A stretch of DNA of 64,000 nt, from NCBI GenBank assembly GCA_964471165.1, contig CAYYEX010000006.1:19779-83778 (forward strand), given 5' to 3'. The position numbers were made by a program, and so were the translations under genes. A model generated the notes under the pieces. The model made no database searches. It saw only the letters and a list, made by a program, of their open reading frames with translations, and was not told where the DNA came from. This stretch comes from an uncultured Candidatus Saccharibacteria bacterium (lineage in GTDB: Bacteria; Patescibacteriota; Minisyncoccia; Phycocordibacterales; UBA2100). This document shows positions 45,954 through 56,536 of the stretch, piece after piece (positions within the stretch are counted from its first letter, which is position 1; each line of letters starts with the position of its first letter).

Positions 45954-46988
45954 ATGAAGCGCTACTACTATCTCCTCGACGGCGCGAGGTTCTTTGCGGC
46001 TTTTTGGGTGATGAATTTTCACTATCTCTTCGGGAATGGTCCAGATACGCAATTGCACTGGTATCGTTACGGAAACTTGGGGGTGCAGGTGTTTTTTATC
46101 ATCAGCGGATTCGTTATCGTGCAGTCGTTGCGGGGGAAGTCGCTGAAAGAGTTTGCAGTTGGACGATTTGTTCGACTTTTTCCTTTATTTTGGGTGCTCT
46201 GCACGCTCACATACCTGCTCACCGTATTCTTTCCAGATGTTCGATACATACTCAACATCACTGACTACATGCGCAGTATGACAATGTTGGGTGACGTGTT
46301 CGATGGCATAATCGGGCCCGCAACACTCGTCGACCCGTCGTACTGGACACTCACCGTCGAGCTGATCTTCTACATTGCTATTGCGCTTTATACGAGTCTG
46401 TTTACACACGGAAAAATCCGTTACTTTTTACTCGCGTGGCTGATTCTCAGCGCGTGCGCGTTTGCTCTCCACATCGACGAAAACTTCTACGTAAAGCTCC
46501 TGCTCGTGCGACACGCAGCATATTTTATTTTTGGTGCTGCGCTTGCACTCTTAGTGGGGCATGAGGCGCACACGAAGCGAGAGCGCGCTCTTGACTGGGC
46601 GCTCCTCTTTATGAGTGCTGGCTATGCCACCTACATTCATGAGCGCGCGCTCCCGTCATACACAGCAGCGAATCTCGCAGACCCAAGTATTATCACTCTG
46701 TTGCACGTGGCATTTTTCCTGGCCGTGCCTGCCCTCGTATTCCTGTCGCGGTATGTACGGCATCCGCGTCTCATACAATGCCTCGCGATTGCCGGAGGGC
46801 TCACATACCCGCTCTATTTATTGCATCAAAGAATCGGCAATATGCTGATTGATATGACGACGGGAAACACGACCGTTTCCTGGTTCACCATAGTTCTCTG
46901 GTTTCAGGTGTTCATGATTTGCCTCGCATATGTGTCGTACGTTTTGGATAAAAAACTGCGCGCGTGGCTTCTGGAGCGCCCCGTTTGA
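45954..46988 (+). CDS. acyltransferase family 3 (membrane O-acyltransferase)
   Basis: It has LDGARFFAAFWVMNFH and 10 transmembrane helices. Confidence 0.8.
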   Translation: MKRYYYLLDGARFFAAFWVMNFHYLFGNGPDTQLHWYRYGNLGVQVFFIISGFVIVQSLRGKSLKEFAVGRFVRLFPLFWVLCTLTYLLTVFFPDVRYILNITDYMRSMTMLGDVFDGIIGPATLVDPSYWTLTVELIFYIAIALYTSLFTHGKIRYFLLAWLILSACAFALHIDENFYVKLLLVRHAAYFIFGAALALLVGHEAHTKRERALDWALLFMSAGYATYIHERALPSYTAANLADPSIITLLHVAFFLAVPALVFLSRYVRHPRLIQCLAIAGGLTYPLYLLHQRIGNMLIDMTTGNTTVSWFTIVLWFQVFMICLAYVSYVLDKKLRAWLLERPV

Positions 46989-47051
46989 CAGAAGGGAATA
47001 CTCAACCTATAGTTTTTTCCGCTCAAGCCCTGTGGGCTCCAACACTGATTT

Positions 47052-47447
47052 ATGCTCAATACCGCTTTTGCAATCGCGTACGTTCGACGATTCATCACGA
47101 CAAACGTGCTCACAATTATTGTGGAAACGGCAGTGCTGTTTCTGCTTGCACGATACGTGTTTAAAAAAGAAAAACTCACTACGCGACAACTCTTGTTCGC
47201 CGGCATATTCGCAAGTTTTGCAACAATTCCGTACGTATGGTTTGTCTTTCCAAACGTAACGTCTTGGCCACGAGAAACCTCGCTGATGTTCAGTGAGTCA
47301 TTTGTGACCGTTGTCGAAGCTATCTGGTACCGTTTCGCACTCAAAACGAGTTGGAAAGCGTCGTTTGCAATTTCAATCATTTGTAACCTCGCTTCGTATC
47401 TTTTCGATATTATACTTCGCACGAATGGTATCTGGCTGTATTGGTAG
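47052..47447 (+). CDS. hypothetical membrane protein
   Basis: It has 4 predicted transmembrane helices and is preferred over the antisense ORF at 46904-47476. Confidence 0.4.
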   Translation: MLNTAFAIAYVRRFITTNVLTIIVETAVLFLLARYVFKKEKLTTRQLLFAGIFASFATIPYVWFVFPNVTSWPRETSLMFSESFVTVVEAIWYRFALKTSWKASFAISIICNLASYLFDIILRTNGIWLYW

Positions 47448-47523
47448 CCACTCTTCACCAGCACTCCATGTTGCATGTACTACGCTTGGCCATTATTGAA
47501 GGTTCTTAAAAATCGTCTATTTT

Positions 47524-47733
47524 ATGGCAGATACAGTAATCACGAATACTCCCGCACCATCTACAGATAGCTCAGCGGGCTGGGTTGTCGCAGTACTTAT
47601 TCTCATTGTTGTGCTCGCAGGAGGAATTTTTGCGTATCAGCGAGGAATGTTCGGGGGGGCAAAGGCCGACACAACCAACATTAACGTCACCGTACCGAAT
47701 CCTTTGAAGGCGGATTCAGGCTCAGCGCAGTAA
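47524..47733 (+). CDS. small membrane protein (69 aa)
   Basis: It has one transmembrane helix (GWVVAVLILIVVLAGGIFAY). Confidence 0.35.
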   Translation: MADTVITNTPAPSTDSSAGWVVAVLILIVVLAGGIFAYQRGMFGGAKADTTNINVTVPNPLKADSGSAQ

Positions 47734-47837
47734 TACAAGGGGGGGGATAGTCAACGAGAAGGCGCCGGATTGTCTCCGGCGCATTCTAGATTTCTTCTTC
47801 ATGAACCCTCCATCTTTAAAAAGCTACGGTTACAACC

Positions 47838-48641
47838 ATGAACAACACAACAGGAGTTATTGGAGTTATTATCATTATTATTTTAGCTATCGCTGTCTTC
47901 ATGCTCGTCGTGAAAACGCCCGCAACGACCACAGTCACAGCCACATCTACTGCAACGGGTACAACGGGGGATGTAACAGCGCCTGCTGGGAGCAATCCGA
48001 GCCCGACAGATGTTTCAGAAGATACGCCGGGGAGTGCACCAAAGGCGACCACAAACGAAACAGCAGCACCAACCGACACAACTGTTGTTGTGACAGGTAC
48101 GGTAAACCCAAACGGCGCTCAAACTGAGTACTGGTATGAATATGGAGTTGGGACATCGCTCGGTAAACAAACCACCAAACAGACCATTGGTTCAGGGCGT
48201 GTTGCAATCGTTGCACCTGGCTATATCACGGGGCTAACAAAGTCGACCACCTATTACTACCGTTTAGTTGCCGAAAACCAGTACGGCAAGAGCACGGGTG
48301 AGCAAAACACCGTTCGAACTTCAGCGGCAAGTACGCCTACAAGTGCAGCGGTGCCAACGGCAAAAACATTCCCCGCAAACGCAATCACGAAAACGACTGC
48401 CACGTTGCGCGGTGAAGTGAATCCGAACAAGGGGGAAACTCAGTACTGGTTCGAATATGGACGAACGAATCGTCTCGGCAATACCACGCCGTTCATGTCG
48501 CTTGGAAATGGAAACACATCTATCGTGGCATCAGCGGAACTCAAGCTCAATCCAAACACCACCTACTACTTCCGCGTGAACGCACAAAATGAGTTCGGAA
48601 CGGTCAATGGAACCATCATGACGTTCAAGACGGCACGATAA
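47838..48641 (+). CDS. membrane-anchored protein with two repeats of about 95 aa (TEYWYEYGVGTSLG / TQYWFEYGRTNRLG)
   Basis: An N-terminal transmembrane helix is followed by a Thr/Pro-rich linker and a duplicated beta-rich domain. Confidence 0.5.
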   Translation: MNNTTGVIGVIIIIILAIAVFMLVVKTPATTTVTATSTATGTTGDVTAPAGSNPSPTDVSEDTPGSAPKATTNETAAPTDTTVVVTGTVNPNGAQTEYWYEYGVGTSLGKQTTKQTIGSGRVAIVAPGYITGLTKSTTYYYRLVAENQYGKSTGEQNTVRTSAASTPTSAAVPTAKTFPANAITKTTATLRGEVNPNKGETQYWFEYGRTNRLGNTTPFMSLGNGNTSIVASAELKLNPNTTYYFRVNAQNEFGTVNGTIMTFKTAR

Positions 48642-48736
48642 AACACCGATTCATGCGAAATGTGCGTCGAGTAGTGTAGGATGCACTGCATCGAGGTCGG
48701 CGACAGGCTTTACTAAACGGTAATCAAGAATGATTC

Positions 48737-48895
48737 CTATGAATTCCACCGACAAAGAAATCGCAGACAAGAAGGCCCTCGACGAACAGGCAGAATCTGA
48801 TGCAAAGGCAGAAGCAGTTCCTGCAGCAGATGTTCCTGTAGCAGAAGTTCCTGCAGCAGAAGTGCCGACCACAGAAGAGGCCGCTACTGCGTAGC
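48737..48895 (+). CDS. small acidic protein with AEVP pentapeptide repeats (52 aa)
   Basis: I translated it by hand. An intrinsic terminator follows at 48905-48935. It is preferred over the antisense ORF at 48651-49010. Confidence 0.3.
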
Positions 48896-48904
48896 GATAA
48901 AAAT

Positions 48905-48935
48905 CGAACAACCCCCGTGAAAGCGGGGGTTTTCG
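48905..48935 (+). terminator. intrinsic terminator
   Basis: The hairpin aacccccg-tgaaag-cgggggtt is followed by ttcgttt. Confidence 0.55.
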
Positions 48936-48995
48936 TTTATGAAGATAATGAAGAAATAGGCTCGCAATCAGTTTTAATAGGTATAGACTGAACGA

Positions 48996-50031
48996 GTGAT
49001 TAAGCCGCAAGGGGCTCGAGACCCCTTAGATGACTCAAAGGATGGGCACGTGCTCGCGCGAGCTATTATCGACACCATCCGGGAGCCACTTATAGTTCTC
49101 GACGGAGATTTGCGGATTGTTGCTGCAAGTGGCTCTTTTTTCAAAAAAATTTGCACTCTCCCACGACGGGACGTACGACACAATGTTTTACGACCTCGGC
49201 AACGGTGAATGGAACATACCGGCGCTTCGAACGTTGCTCGAGCAAGTAATACCTGAGCACACGACAGTAGAGGACTATGAAGTTTCTCACGAGTTCTTGC
49301 GACTTGGGCCGCGCATCATGCTTGTGAATGCGAGCGAAATTAGTTTCGAAAGTGGTGAAAAAAAGATGCTCCTATCCATTCACGATATAACGGAGCAGCG
49401 TGCAACAGAGAAAAAGATTGAGCGTCTCATGCAGCAGAAAAACATTCTGCTCGACGAAATGCGTCACCGTGTTGCCAACAGCCTGCAATTGATTGCAAGC
49501 ATCCTCTCACTCAAAGCCACCACAGTAGGTTCCGATGAAGCCCGCGTGCACCTTGAGGATGCACAAAGCCGGATTCTTTCCATCGCGAATATACAGCGGC
49601 ATCTCGATCCAACTGACGGAGTTTCAGACCATGTAGAGATAGGTCCGTATCTAACCGCTCTTTGTAAGAGTCTTGAGAATTCAATGATTGGTGGTGGAAA
49701 ACCGGTAACACTTACCGTCAAAGCGGGAGCAGGCAACGGAACGTCGGACGAAGCGATGAGTATTGGGCTCCTCACAACGGAGCTTGTCATAAATGCATTG
49801 AAGTACGCCTTTCCGAGTGGAAAGGGTGATATCGTTGTGTCGTTTGGGTCCGAGGGGCATTCGTGGGACTTGTCGATTGCTGATAATGGCGTAGGATATC
49901 GACCCGATGAAAAACGGGACGGACTTGGTACTAGTATCGTGAAATCAATTGCGCGACAGCTCTCAGCTGACCTCACGGTGGTTAGTAATAGTTCCGGAAC
50001 GACAGTCTCGCTCAGCTGCAAAACGAAATAA
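48996..50031 (+). pseudogene. HWE/HisKA_2-type sensor histidine kinase interrupted by a +1 frameshift in an A7 tract
   Basis: The N-terminal ORF (...IVAASGSFFKK) and the main ORF (KKFALSHDGTYD...HRVANSLQLIASILSL...) join perfectly if the A-run at 49143-49149 is shortened by 1 nt. Confidence 0.6.
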
Positions 50032-50286
50032 GGACACTCGACCTGCTACGAGGCGTGTATACTATGTTGCAATGACGCTGCGACAATTTTTTCGCTACAT
50101 AACTAACAACGAGGAGACCTCTCGTCATGAAGAGGGATTCGACATCGCATTTTTTATCATAAACACAATCGCTCTTATCGGTGGGGGCACTTATTTGGTT
50201 GTAATTGGTGAGTGGGAGTGGCTGCCGTTTCTCGTCATTGAGTACACCTGGGCGGTGGACACGATGCGTCACAATCGCCCGTAACG

Positions 50287-50793
50287 TTATTCGACCGGAA
50301 TTTCCACCAAGAGATTCTCGTTTCCAATTTCCTTCTTTGAGAAGTCAGCCCACCGTATCCATGTGGGCCGTATCCAGAGCACCGAAAGCTCGCCGTCCAA
50401 TTTACCTGCGGGAACAAATCTGCTTGTCTGTTGGGAGAGCACGTTCATTAAATCTGGAATATGTTTCTCTCTATCTTCGGTGCTCTCAAGTTCAGAGGCT
50501 AGGCCTTCAATTTGCAGCGTCCGAGGAGTGTCCTGTGTACCAACGGTGAAGGCAACTTGCGGGTGCGCCTTGATTGCATTGTATTTGCGGCTGCCGCGTT
50601 TCGTTAAAAAATAGATATTGAAGGTCTCGTCACTCACGTAGTAAATAACAGAAGCGTGTGGCGAATAATCTTTTGCAACGGTTGCGAGCACTCCTGCTGT
50701 ATGTGCTTTTGCAAACGCGAGGGCATCTGCCCGGGCCTCAGAATCAGGTGTCATATATGGTGAGTATACCACTGTGAGTTTTGAAGCTGGCAT
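50287..50793 (-). CDS. pyridoxamine 5'-phosphate oxidase-like FMN-binding protein
   Basis: It has a PNPOx-like split-barrel pattern (GVLATVAKDYSPHASVIYYV). Confidence 0.65.
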   Translation of the reverse strand: MPASKLTVVYSPYMTPDSEARADALAFAKAHTAGVLATVAKDYSPHASVIYYVSDETFNIYFLTKRGSRKYNAIKAHPQVAFTVGTQDTPRTLQIEGLASELESTEDREKHIPDLMNVLSQQTSRFVPAGKLDGELSVLWIRPTWIRWADFSKKEIGNENLLVEIPVE

Positions 50794-50821
50794 GTGGCAA
50801 TAACAGGTATATACTTTTTCC

Positions 50822-51271
50822 ATGTACGAACAAAGGTCAGGACGAGGTTCGTTGCCGGAGTGGGGCTCGGTCCCACACTATTACGGCGATGTGGTGCGCA
50901 TCATTTTTCTTATCTGTGCAATCGTTGTAGGTCTCTTGGCACCACTCAGTGGGAGCGTGGGAGTGGGACTCGTTATTGCAATGCCGATTGTCTTGGTGCT
51001 CATTATCCTTGCGGGCTTCACCAACCCGCACAGTACTTTCGTTATGATTCTCGATACCATTGCGGCGGTACTCGGGATACTCATTGCCGAAACGTACGCA
51101 GTTGTAGCGTTTGCAAGCGAAGAGATGCTCGTGTTTCTCACATTTGAAGCGATTGTATTCATGTTATTTGTTGCGCTCTACTTTAGCGCGAAGAATGTCC
51201 GCGCAGCAATGATGCACAAAATTGGAAAAACAGATAGCCCGTCGGAATTCGACGGAACTACATCTCAGTAA
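50822..51271 (+). CDS. hypothetical membrane protein
   Basis: It has 4 transmembrane helices. Confidence 0.4.
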   Translation: MYEQRSGRGSLPEWGSVPHYYGDVVRIIFLICAIVVGLLAPLSGSVGVGLVIAMPIVLVLIILAGFTNPHSTFVMILDTIAAVLGILIAETYAVVAFASEEMLVFLTFEAIVFMLFVALYFSAKNVRAAMMHKIGKTDSPSEFDGTTSQ

Positions 51272-52499
51272 TAGGCGTCTTTCTTTCAAACAAGTTTGAC
51301 TCCACGTGTTGCGGGTCAAAGCCAATACCGATAAATCGTGCTGGTAAAGCACTCAGAAACGGAAACATTCGCAGCAGCTTGAAAGGCAGTGGGATATGCG
51401 TTTGGCCCCGCGAGCGCAAGAAGGGTATGAGGAAACGGTTCTGTATCGCGCTTTGGACATTCTGCATTTTCCGCACAGCATTCTCTCGTCGGTGCTGGAC
51501 TTCGGAAAGGTCGTGCATTGTTGGTGCGCCGCGACCAAATGCGCGAACTAACACGTTGCCGGCTGCAACTGCGTCGTGGATTGCTACATTGATGCCTACG
51601 CCACCCAGTGGAGACATCGCGTGTGCACTGTCGCCAATGCACAGCACACCGTCCTTGTACCACTCGGTTGCGTGGTCGAGCGTTACGCTCAGGAGCTTCA
51701 CATTGTCCCACGAAACGATTTCCTTCACGGATTCAACCATTGACGGAGCAAGGTTCACGATATCAGCACGGAACTTCTCAAGTCCATCGACTTTCATGGC
51801 ATCGAGCTTTCCTTTTTCAATCAAAAATCCGCATTGCCAATAGTCACCGCGGTCGAGCATCACCATTACCTTGCCATCTTGGAGCGTGCCGAGCGATTGC
51901 TCCGGGTCTGCCTCTGTGGCTTTCAACTTGAACCACAGTACGTCAAAGGGCACGGAGAGCGTTTCCATGTTGAGAGCCGCCTTTTCCCGAATTGTAGAAT
52001 GACGGCCGTCACACCCAACAACAAGCTCGGCGCGAATTTCAAACTCCTCGTTTTTGTGCTTTGCTTTTATTCCGACCGTGCGACCGTTTTCACAAATTAA
52101 ATCGGTTGCATCGGTTTCCATATGCAAGTGGAACGACGGATACTGCTTTCCCTTGCCGGCAAGAAAGTTCAGAAAGTCCCATTGGGGGAGAAATGCGATA
52201 TACGGCTCGCGTACGTTGAGTCTCGAGAGGTCTGCGATTACAACTGATTTCCCGCCGACACGACCCACCATTTGGCGGGTCTTATTATGCGGTAACTTCA
52301 AAAAGTCTTCGAGAATCCCAAGCTCATGCAGGATTTCCATTGTGGACGGGTGAATGGTGTCGCCACGAAAATCGCGGAAAAAGTCGGGCCATTTTTCAAG
52401 CACGTGCACGTCTACGCCGGCGCGTGCGAGCATATAGCCAAGCATCATGCCCGCCGGGCCACCACCCGAAATCACACACCGGGTCTGTATATTTTCCAT
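51258..52499 (-). CDS. FAD-dependent monooxygenase (UbiH/aromatic hydroxylase-like)
   Basis: It has the Rossmann motif VISGGGPAGMMLGYMLARAG and a DG motif (GDSAH). Confidence 0.75.
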   Translation of the reverse strand: MENIQTRCVISGGGPAGMMLGYMLARAGVDVHVLEKWPDFFRDFRGDTIHPSTMEILHELGILEDFLKLPHNKTRQMVGRVGGKSVVIADLSRLNVREPYIAFLPQWDFLNFLAGKGKQYPSFHLHMETDATDLICENGRTVGIKAKHKNEEFEIRAELVVGCDGRHSTIREKAALNMETLSVPFDVLWFKLKATEADPEQSLGTLQDGKVMVMLDRGDYWQCGFLIEKGKLDAMKVDGLEKFRADIVNLAPSMVESVKEIVSWDNVKLLSVTLDHATEWYKDGVLCIGDSAHAMSPLGGVGINVAIHDAVAAGNVLVRAFGRGAPTMHDLSEVQHRRENAVRKMQNVQSAIQNRFLIPFLRSRGQTHIPLPFKLLRMFPFLSALPARFIGIGFDPQHVESNLFERKTPITEM

Positions 52500-52581
52500 C
52501 GTTCTATAATAACTCGACTGCATCGTTACTTCATGAGGTGGTGGTACAATGCACCAACTTATTCCATAAAATCACTCATAT

Positions 52582-52983
52582 ATGAATCCCGTCGTTCATT
52601 TTGAAATGCCGTACGATGATGCCAATCGCGCTGCAGAGTTTTATACAAAGGCTTTCGGGTGGAAGCCGAACATTTTGGGACCTGAAATGGGAGATTACGT
52701 GGTCGTTCACACCACGGATACCGACGAGAATAATATGGTAAAGACCCCGGGAAACATCAACGGGGGTCTTTTCAAACGCACGAAGCCGGAGCAAGGCCCA
52801 TCTGTTGTAATCGCGGTCGACAACATACACGAAGCAATGAAAAAGGTGGAGGCTGCCGGAGGAAAGATTCTCGGCGGCATGAATGCGGGAGAGCCAGACG
52901 AAATTCCAGGTATCGGACTTTACTGCGCATTCATCGATTCAGAGGGAAATCGCGCATCAATGCTTGAACCGAAGGGGATGTAG
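52582..52983 (+). CDS. VOC/glyoxalase-family protein
   Basis: It carries the HFEMPYDDANRAAEFY signature. Confidence 0.7.
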   Translation: MNPVVHFEMPYDDANRAAEFYTKAFGWKPNILGPEMGDYVVVHTTDTDENNMVKTPGNINGGLFKRTKPEQGPSVVIAVDNIHEAMKKVEAAGGKILGGMNAGEPDEIPGIGLYCAFIDSEGNRASMLEPKGM

Positions 52984-52986
52984 CCC

Positions 52987-54228
52987 ATGAAGGTGATTGT
53001 TGTTGGTGCAGGTGCTTGTGGATTAATGGCCGCACGAGAACTTTTCCGTGCGGGCAATTCGGTCACGATACTTGAGGCGCGCGAGCGCCTCGGCGGGCGC
53101 ATCTATCCATTGCCGATTAAAGACTTTGGATACGAAGCAATGGGAGGCGCGGAATTTGTGCACGGCGAAGCGCCAGTTACCAACGCACTTGTTGAAGAAG
53201 CTGGATTTCACTACGAGCAAAATACTGAATGGTGGAGTGTAACCGACGGGGAGCCCTCCCAATCGCACACTCCCTCGCCGCACAAGCCAGAACTTGAGCG
53301 AGCGCTCGCGCAGCTCACGGATGACATGACCGTTAAGGAGTTTCTCGACTCTCGATTTCCCGGCGAGGAATATGCGCAGATACGAGAGTATGCACGGCGT
53401 TGGACAGAGAGCTACGACGCGGGTGATATCGCGCGAGCCAGCGCGATTGCCATGAAAGACGGCATGCTTTTTGATAGCGAGTGGGGCCAGCGCTCTCTGA
53501 AAGAGGGGTATGGAGCACTTTTACGATTGCTCGCTAAAGATTTGCAGTCAGATATACATTTGAACGAAACCGTTTCTGCGGTAGATTTCTCGACTCCTGT
53601 TGTGCGGATAAAAACAAACACGGGTATTTTCGAATGTGATAAAGTTATCATTACTGTTCCGTTGCCGCTGATATCAACAATAGAGTTTACGCCGGCGATT
53701 CCAGAAAAGGTAAAAGCCGCGGCGGACATCGGCTATGGGTCCGTTGTGAAAATTATCCTGCGGTTCAGAACAAAATGGTGGACGGGTGTCCGCGAAAACA
53801 TATTCGAACGACTTTTTTTCATGTTTTCCAATGAGGCGATACCTACGTGGTGGACACAGTATCCAGAACCGCACCCCACGCTCACTGGATGGGTTGGCGG
53901 TCCTCGCGCTCACGCGCTCCAAGCGCTTTCAGAGTCAGAGCTTGAAGTGCTCGCACTTAAATCGTTATCAAACATCTTTAGTATCTCAATAGAGGAGCTA
54001 CAGGCGGAACTTATTTCGTGGAAGGCAGTTGATTGGGACAACGACCCATATGCTCGAGGTGCATACAGCTATTGGACACCTGAAACAGATGCCGCTCTGG
54101 AGATTTTGGGTGCACCCGAAGAAGATAGAGTGTTTTTTGCAGGCGAAGTGTTCGGTAATTTCGCAAATGCCACTGTCGAGGGAGCATTTGCGAGTGGAAA
54201 AGCTACAGCGCAGAAGTTAATGAATTAA
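52987..54228 (+). CDS. flavin-containing amine oxidase / protoporphyrinogen-oxidase-like oxidoreductase
   Basis: It has VIVVGAGACGLMAAREL and ILEARERLGGR dinucleotide-binding motifs. Confidence 0.75.
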   Translation: MKVIVVGAGACGLMAARELFRAGNSVTILEARERLGGRIYPLPIKDFGYEAMGGAEFVHGEAPVTNALVEEAGFHYEQNTEWWSVTDGEPSQSHTPSPHKPELERALAQLTDDMTVKEFLDSRFPGEEYAQIREYARRWTESYDAGDIARASAIAMKDGMLFDSEWGQRSLKEGYGALLRLLAKDLQSDIHLNETVSAVDFSTPVVRIKTNTGIFECDKVIITVPLPLISTIEFTPAIPEKVKAAADIGYGSVVKIILRFRTKWWTGVRENIFERLFFMFSNEAIPTWWTQYPEPHPTLTGWVGGPRAHALQALSESELEVLALKSLSNIFSISIEELQAELISWKAVDWDNDPYARGAYSYWTPETDAALEILGAPEEDRVFFAGEVFGNFANATVEGAFASGKATAQKLMN

Positions 54229-54280
54229 TCGTGATAGCCAAAAAAGCGAGTAAATAAGCCACGGAATGGCGTTTTTTTGC

Positions 54281-54309
54281 TTGACAAAATAGTTTTTATG
54301 TCCTACAAT
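54281..54309 (+). promoter_or_regulatory. sigma70-like promoter (TTGACA-17 bp-TACAAT) at the left edge of the GC-rich island
   Basis: It has an exact consensus -35 and a near-consensus -10 with a 17-bp spacer, about 75 bp upstream of the first island gene. Confidence 0.5.
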
Positions 54310-54383
54310 AGAGGCCGCTACTAAAGTAGAGGTTTCTACCAAAGTAGATCTTAGGCCGTTCGTTGACAAGGAGGTAATAGACA

Positions 54384-54884
54384 ATGAACAGTCGCAGGAG
54401 TGGGCAGGTTGCAAGTTTGTCAGTGATGGCATTCGCGCTTGCCCTTGGCGGATGTGATGTGGACCAAGCGCCGATTCAGCGCGACGTCTACGCCGGCATG
54501 TCGCCGTCTGAAGCGCTCCAGCAGTGCGCAATTGACTGGGGGTCTCAGGACCTTTGCGTCAGCATTGCTGACGCGAAACAGAAGGAAACTGCAGAGAAGC
54601 AGTACGCTGCTTCATCTGGCTCGTCGCACGGTGGAGGCGGTGTCTTCTTCGTGCACGGACCCGGCTACGGCTACGGCGATCGATCGATCGTCTCGGGTTC
54701 GCAGCGGATCGTTCCGCAAAGCGCACTCAATACGTCGGCTCTCGTTAAACCGTCGTCGATCTCCACGTTCTCAAACACGGGGGGATTCCGCGGCGGGATC
54801 AGCACTGCAACAGCTGCGGGTCGCGGCGGGTTCGGTGCGACCGGACACGCTGCAGCCGCGGCCTCATCTGGAGGGGGAAGCTAA
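54384..54884 (+). CDS. DUF1190-like lipoprotein (YgiB/YjfM-like)
   Basis: It has a lipobox (LALGGC) and a Gly-rich C-terminus with RGGFGATG-like motifs as in enterobacterial YgiB. GC is high. Confidence 0.55.
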   Translation: MNSRRSGQVASLSVMAFALALGGCDVDQAPIQRDVYAGMSPSEALQQCAIDWGSQDLCVSIADAKQKETAEKQYAASSGSSHGGGGVFFVHGPGYGYGDRSIVSGSQRIVPQSALNTSALVKPSSISTFSNTGGFRGGISTATAAGRGGFGATGHAAAAASSGGGS

Positions 54885-56042
54885 ATGAAGCGTTCAATCA
54901 TCAGTCCGCGCGAAGACTGGCAGAAGCGATGCGAACGCATCGACTTCGGCTGGCACACGCAGGGCGGTGTCAAATACTGGAACGAAGGCGTGTGCTATCG
55001 CTTCACGGCCGCGCAGATCGATCAGATCGAAGCGGCCGCCGAAGAAGCACACGCGATGTGCATGGCGCTCGTCGCCGACATCATCACGCGTGGACGATAC
55101 GAGGGCTTCCGCTTTCCCAAGCAGGTGCTCGACATGATCGTCCCGACCATCGAAGCGTCGTGGAAACGGAGTGATCCGTCCCTCTACGGCCGCTTCGACT
55201 TCGGCGTGAAATTCGTGAACGGTGCACTCGGGCTCAAGCTTTTTGAAAACAATGCGGATACGCCGACCTCTCTCTACGAGGCGTCGGTCGTACAGCATTT
55301 GTGGATGAAGGATCTCGGGTTCGCCGATCAGTTCAACTCGATCGAGGAGAAGATGGATGCGTTCTTCAAGGCGCATCCGGCAACGCACATGCACTTCGTC
55401 GCGCTGCGCGACGCGGGCAAGGAAGACTGGGGCACGGTCGGCTACATCGCTGAACGTGCCGAAGAGTGCGGCAAGAGCGTCAATATCCTCTCGGTCGAAG
55501 ATCTCGGCTGGGACGGAAAACAGGCATTCACGGATCTGAGCAATACACCCATCGGCACGGCCTTCAAGCTGTATCCTGGTGAGTGGATGTTCGGGGACGT
55601 GTTTGGTCAAAACATGGCGCTGACAACGACCCGGTGGATCGAACCGCCGTGGAAAACTCTGCTGTCGTCCAAGGCGATCTTGCCACTCTTGTGGGAAAAG
55701 TATCCCAATCATCCGCTGCTGCTCCCTTCGTTCTTCGAAGCCGACGGCGACAAGATGATGGAAGGTGACTGGATCAAGAAGCCGCTGTTTTCGCGCGAGG
55801 GTTCCAACGTGTTCCACGTGCGTGATGGCGTCGAAGAACTTGCTGCCGGGTCACACCTCAGCAGCTTCTACGAACATTACGGCTACATCGGCCAGCAACG
55901 CTTCGACTCGTCGAAGTTTGACGGCATGATGCCCGTGTTGGGCGCGTGGATCGTGAACGGTGAAGCAGCCGGCATGGGCATCCGCGAGGACGCCGGTGTT
56001 ACTGGAAACGGCAGCCTATTCACTCCGCACTACTTCGACTAA
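54885..56042 (+). CDS. glutathionylspermidine-synthase-like ATP-grasp amidoligase (YgiC/YjfC family)
   Basis: It shares blocks with E. coli YgiC that I recall from memory (ENNADTPTSLYEA, LLPLLWEKYPNHP, KPLFSREGSNV, GIREDAG). Confidence 0.8.
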   Translation: MKRSIISPREDWQKRCERIDFGWHTQGGVKYWNEGVCYRFTAAQIDQIEAAAEEAHAMCMALVADIITRGRYEGFRFPKQVLDMIVPTIEASWKRSDPSLYGRFDFGVKFVNGALGLKLFENNADTPTSLYEASVVQHLWMKDLGFADQFNSIEEKMDAFFKAHPATHMHFVALRDAGKEDWGTVGYIAERAEECGKSVNILSVEDLGWDGKQAFTDLSNTPIGTAFKLYPGEWMFGDVFGQNMALTTTRWIEPPWKTLLSSKAILPLLWEKYPNHPLLLPSFFEADGDKMMEGDWIKKPLFSREGSNVFHVRDGVEELAAGSHLSSFYEHYGYIGQQRFDSSKFDGMMPVLGAWIVNGEAAGMGIREDAGVTGNGSLFTPHYFD

Positions 56043-56068
56043 CATCAACAGCTCACGAGGGAACTACG

Positions 56069-56497
56069 ATGACTCCTGAACAATTACTGTTCTTCGCAAT
56101 TGCATTCGGCAAACATCTGATTGCATTTGCGCTCGCGATCGCATTGCTCACAGGATTCACGCGCTTCTATGTATGGTTCACGCCATACAACGAGTTCGAC
56201 GAGATCCAGGCAGGCAGGGTCGCCTCGGCGATCTCGCTCGGCGGAGCCATGATCGGCTTCACTATCCCGCTGCTGGTTGCCATGTTGGTTACGACCACCA
56301 TGTACGGTTTCGTCGCCTATCTCGGCATGTTTACGGTGTGGGCCGGGTTTGTCTGCCTTGTTCAGCTCGGCTGCTTCAAGGTGATGTACCGGTTCTACCC
56401 GAAGCAGATCGAGTCCAACAACATTGCGGCCGCGACTATCTACGCGTTCGTATCTGCTTGCGTCGGCGCGCTGAACGCCGTCTGCATCATTCCCTGA
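56069..56497 (+). CDS. DUF350-family membrane protein (YjfL-like)
   Basis: It has 4 transmembrane helices (AFALAIALLTG..., SLGGAMIGFTIPL) as in YjfL. Confidence 0.55.
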   Translation: MTPEQLLFFAIAFGKHLIAFALAIALLTGFTRFYVWFTPYNEFDEIQAGRVASAISLGGAMIGFTIPLLVAMLVTTTMYGFVAYLGMFTVWAGFVCLVQLGCFKVMYRFYPKQIESNNIAAATIYAFVSACVGALNAVCIIP

Positions 56498-56536
56498 TTT
56501 CAGCGGACTAAAATTCAAACAGGAGCAAGGAAGACA

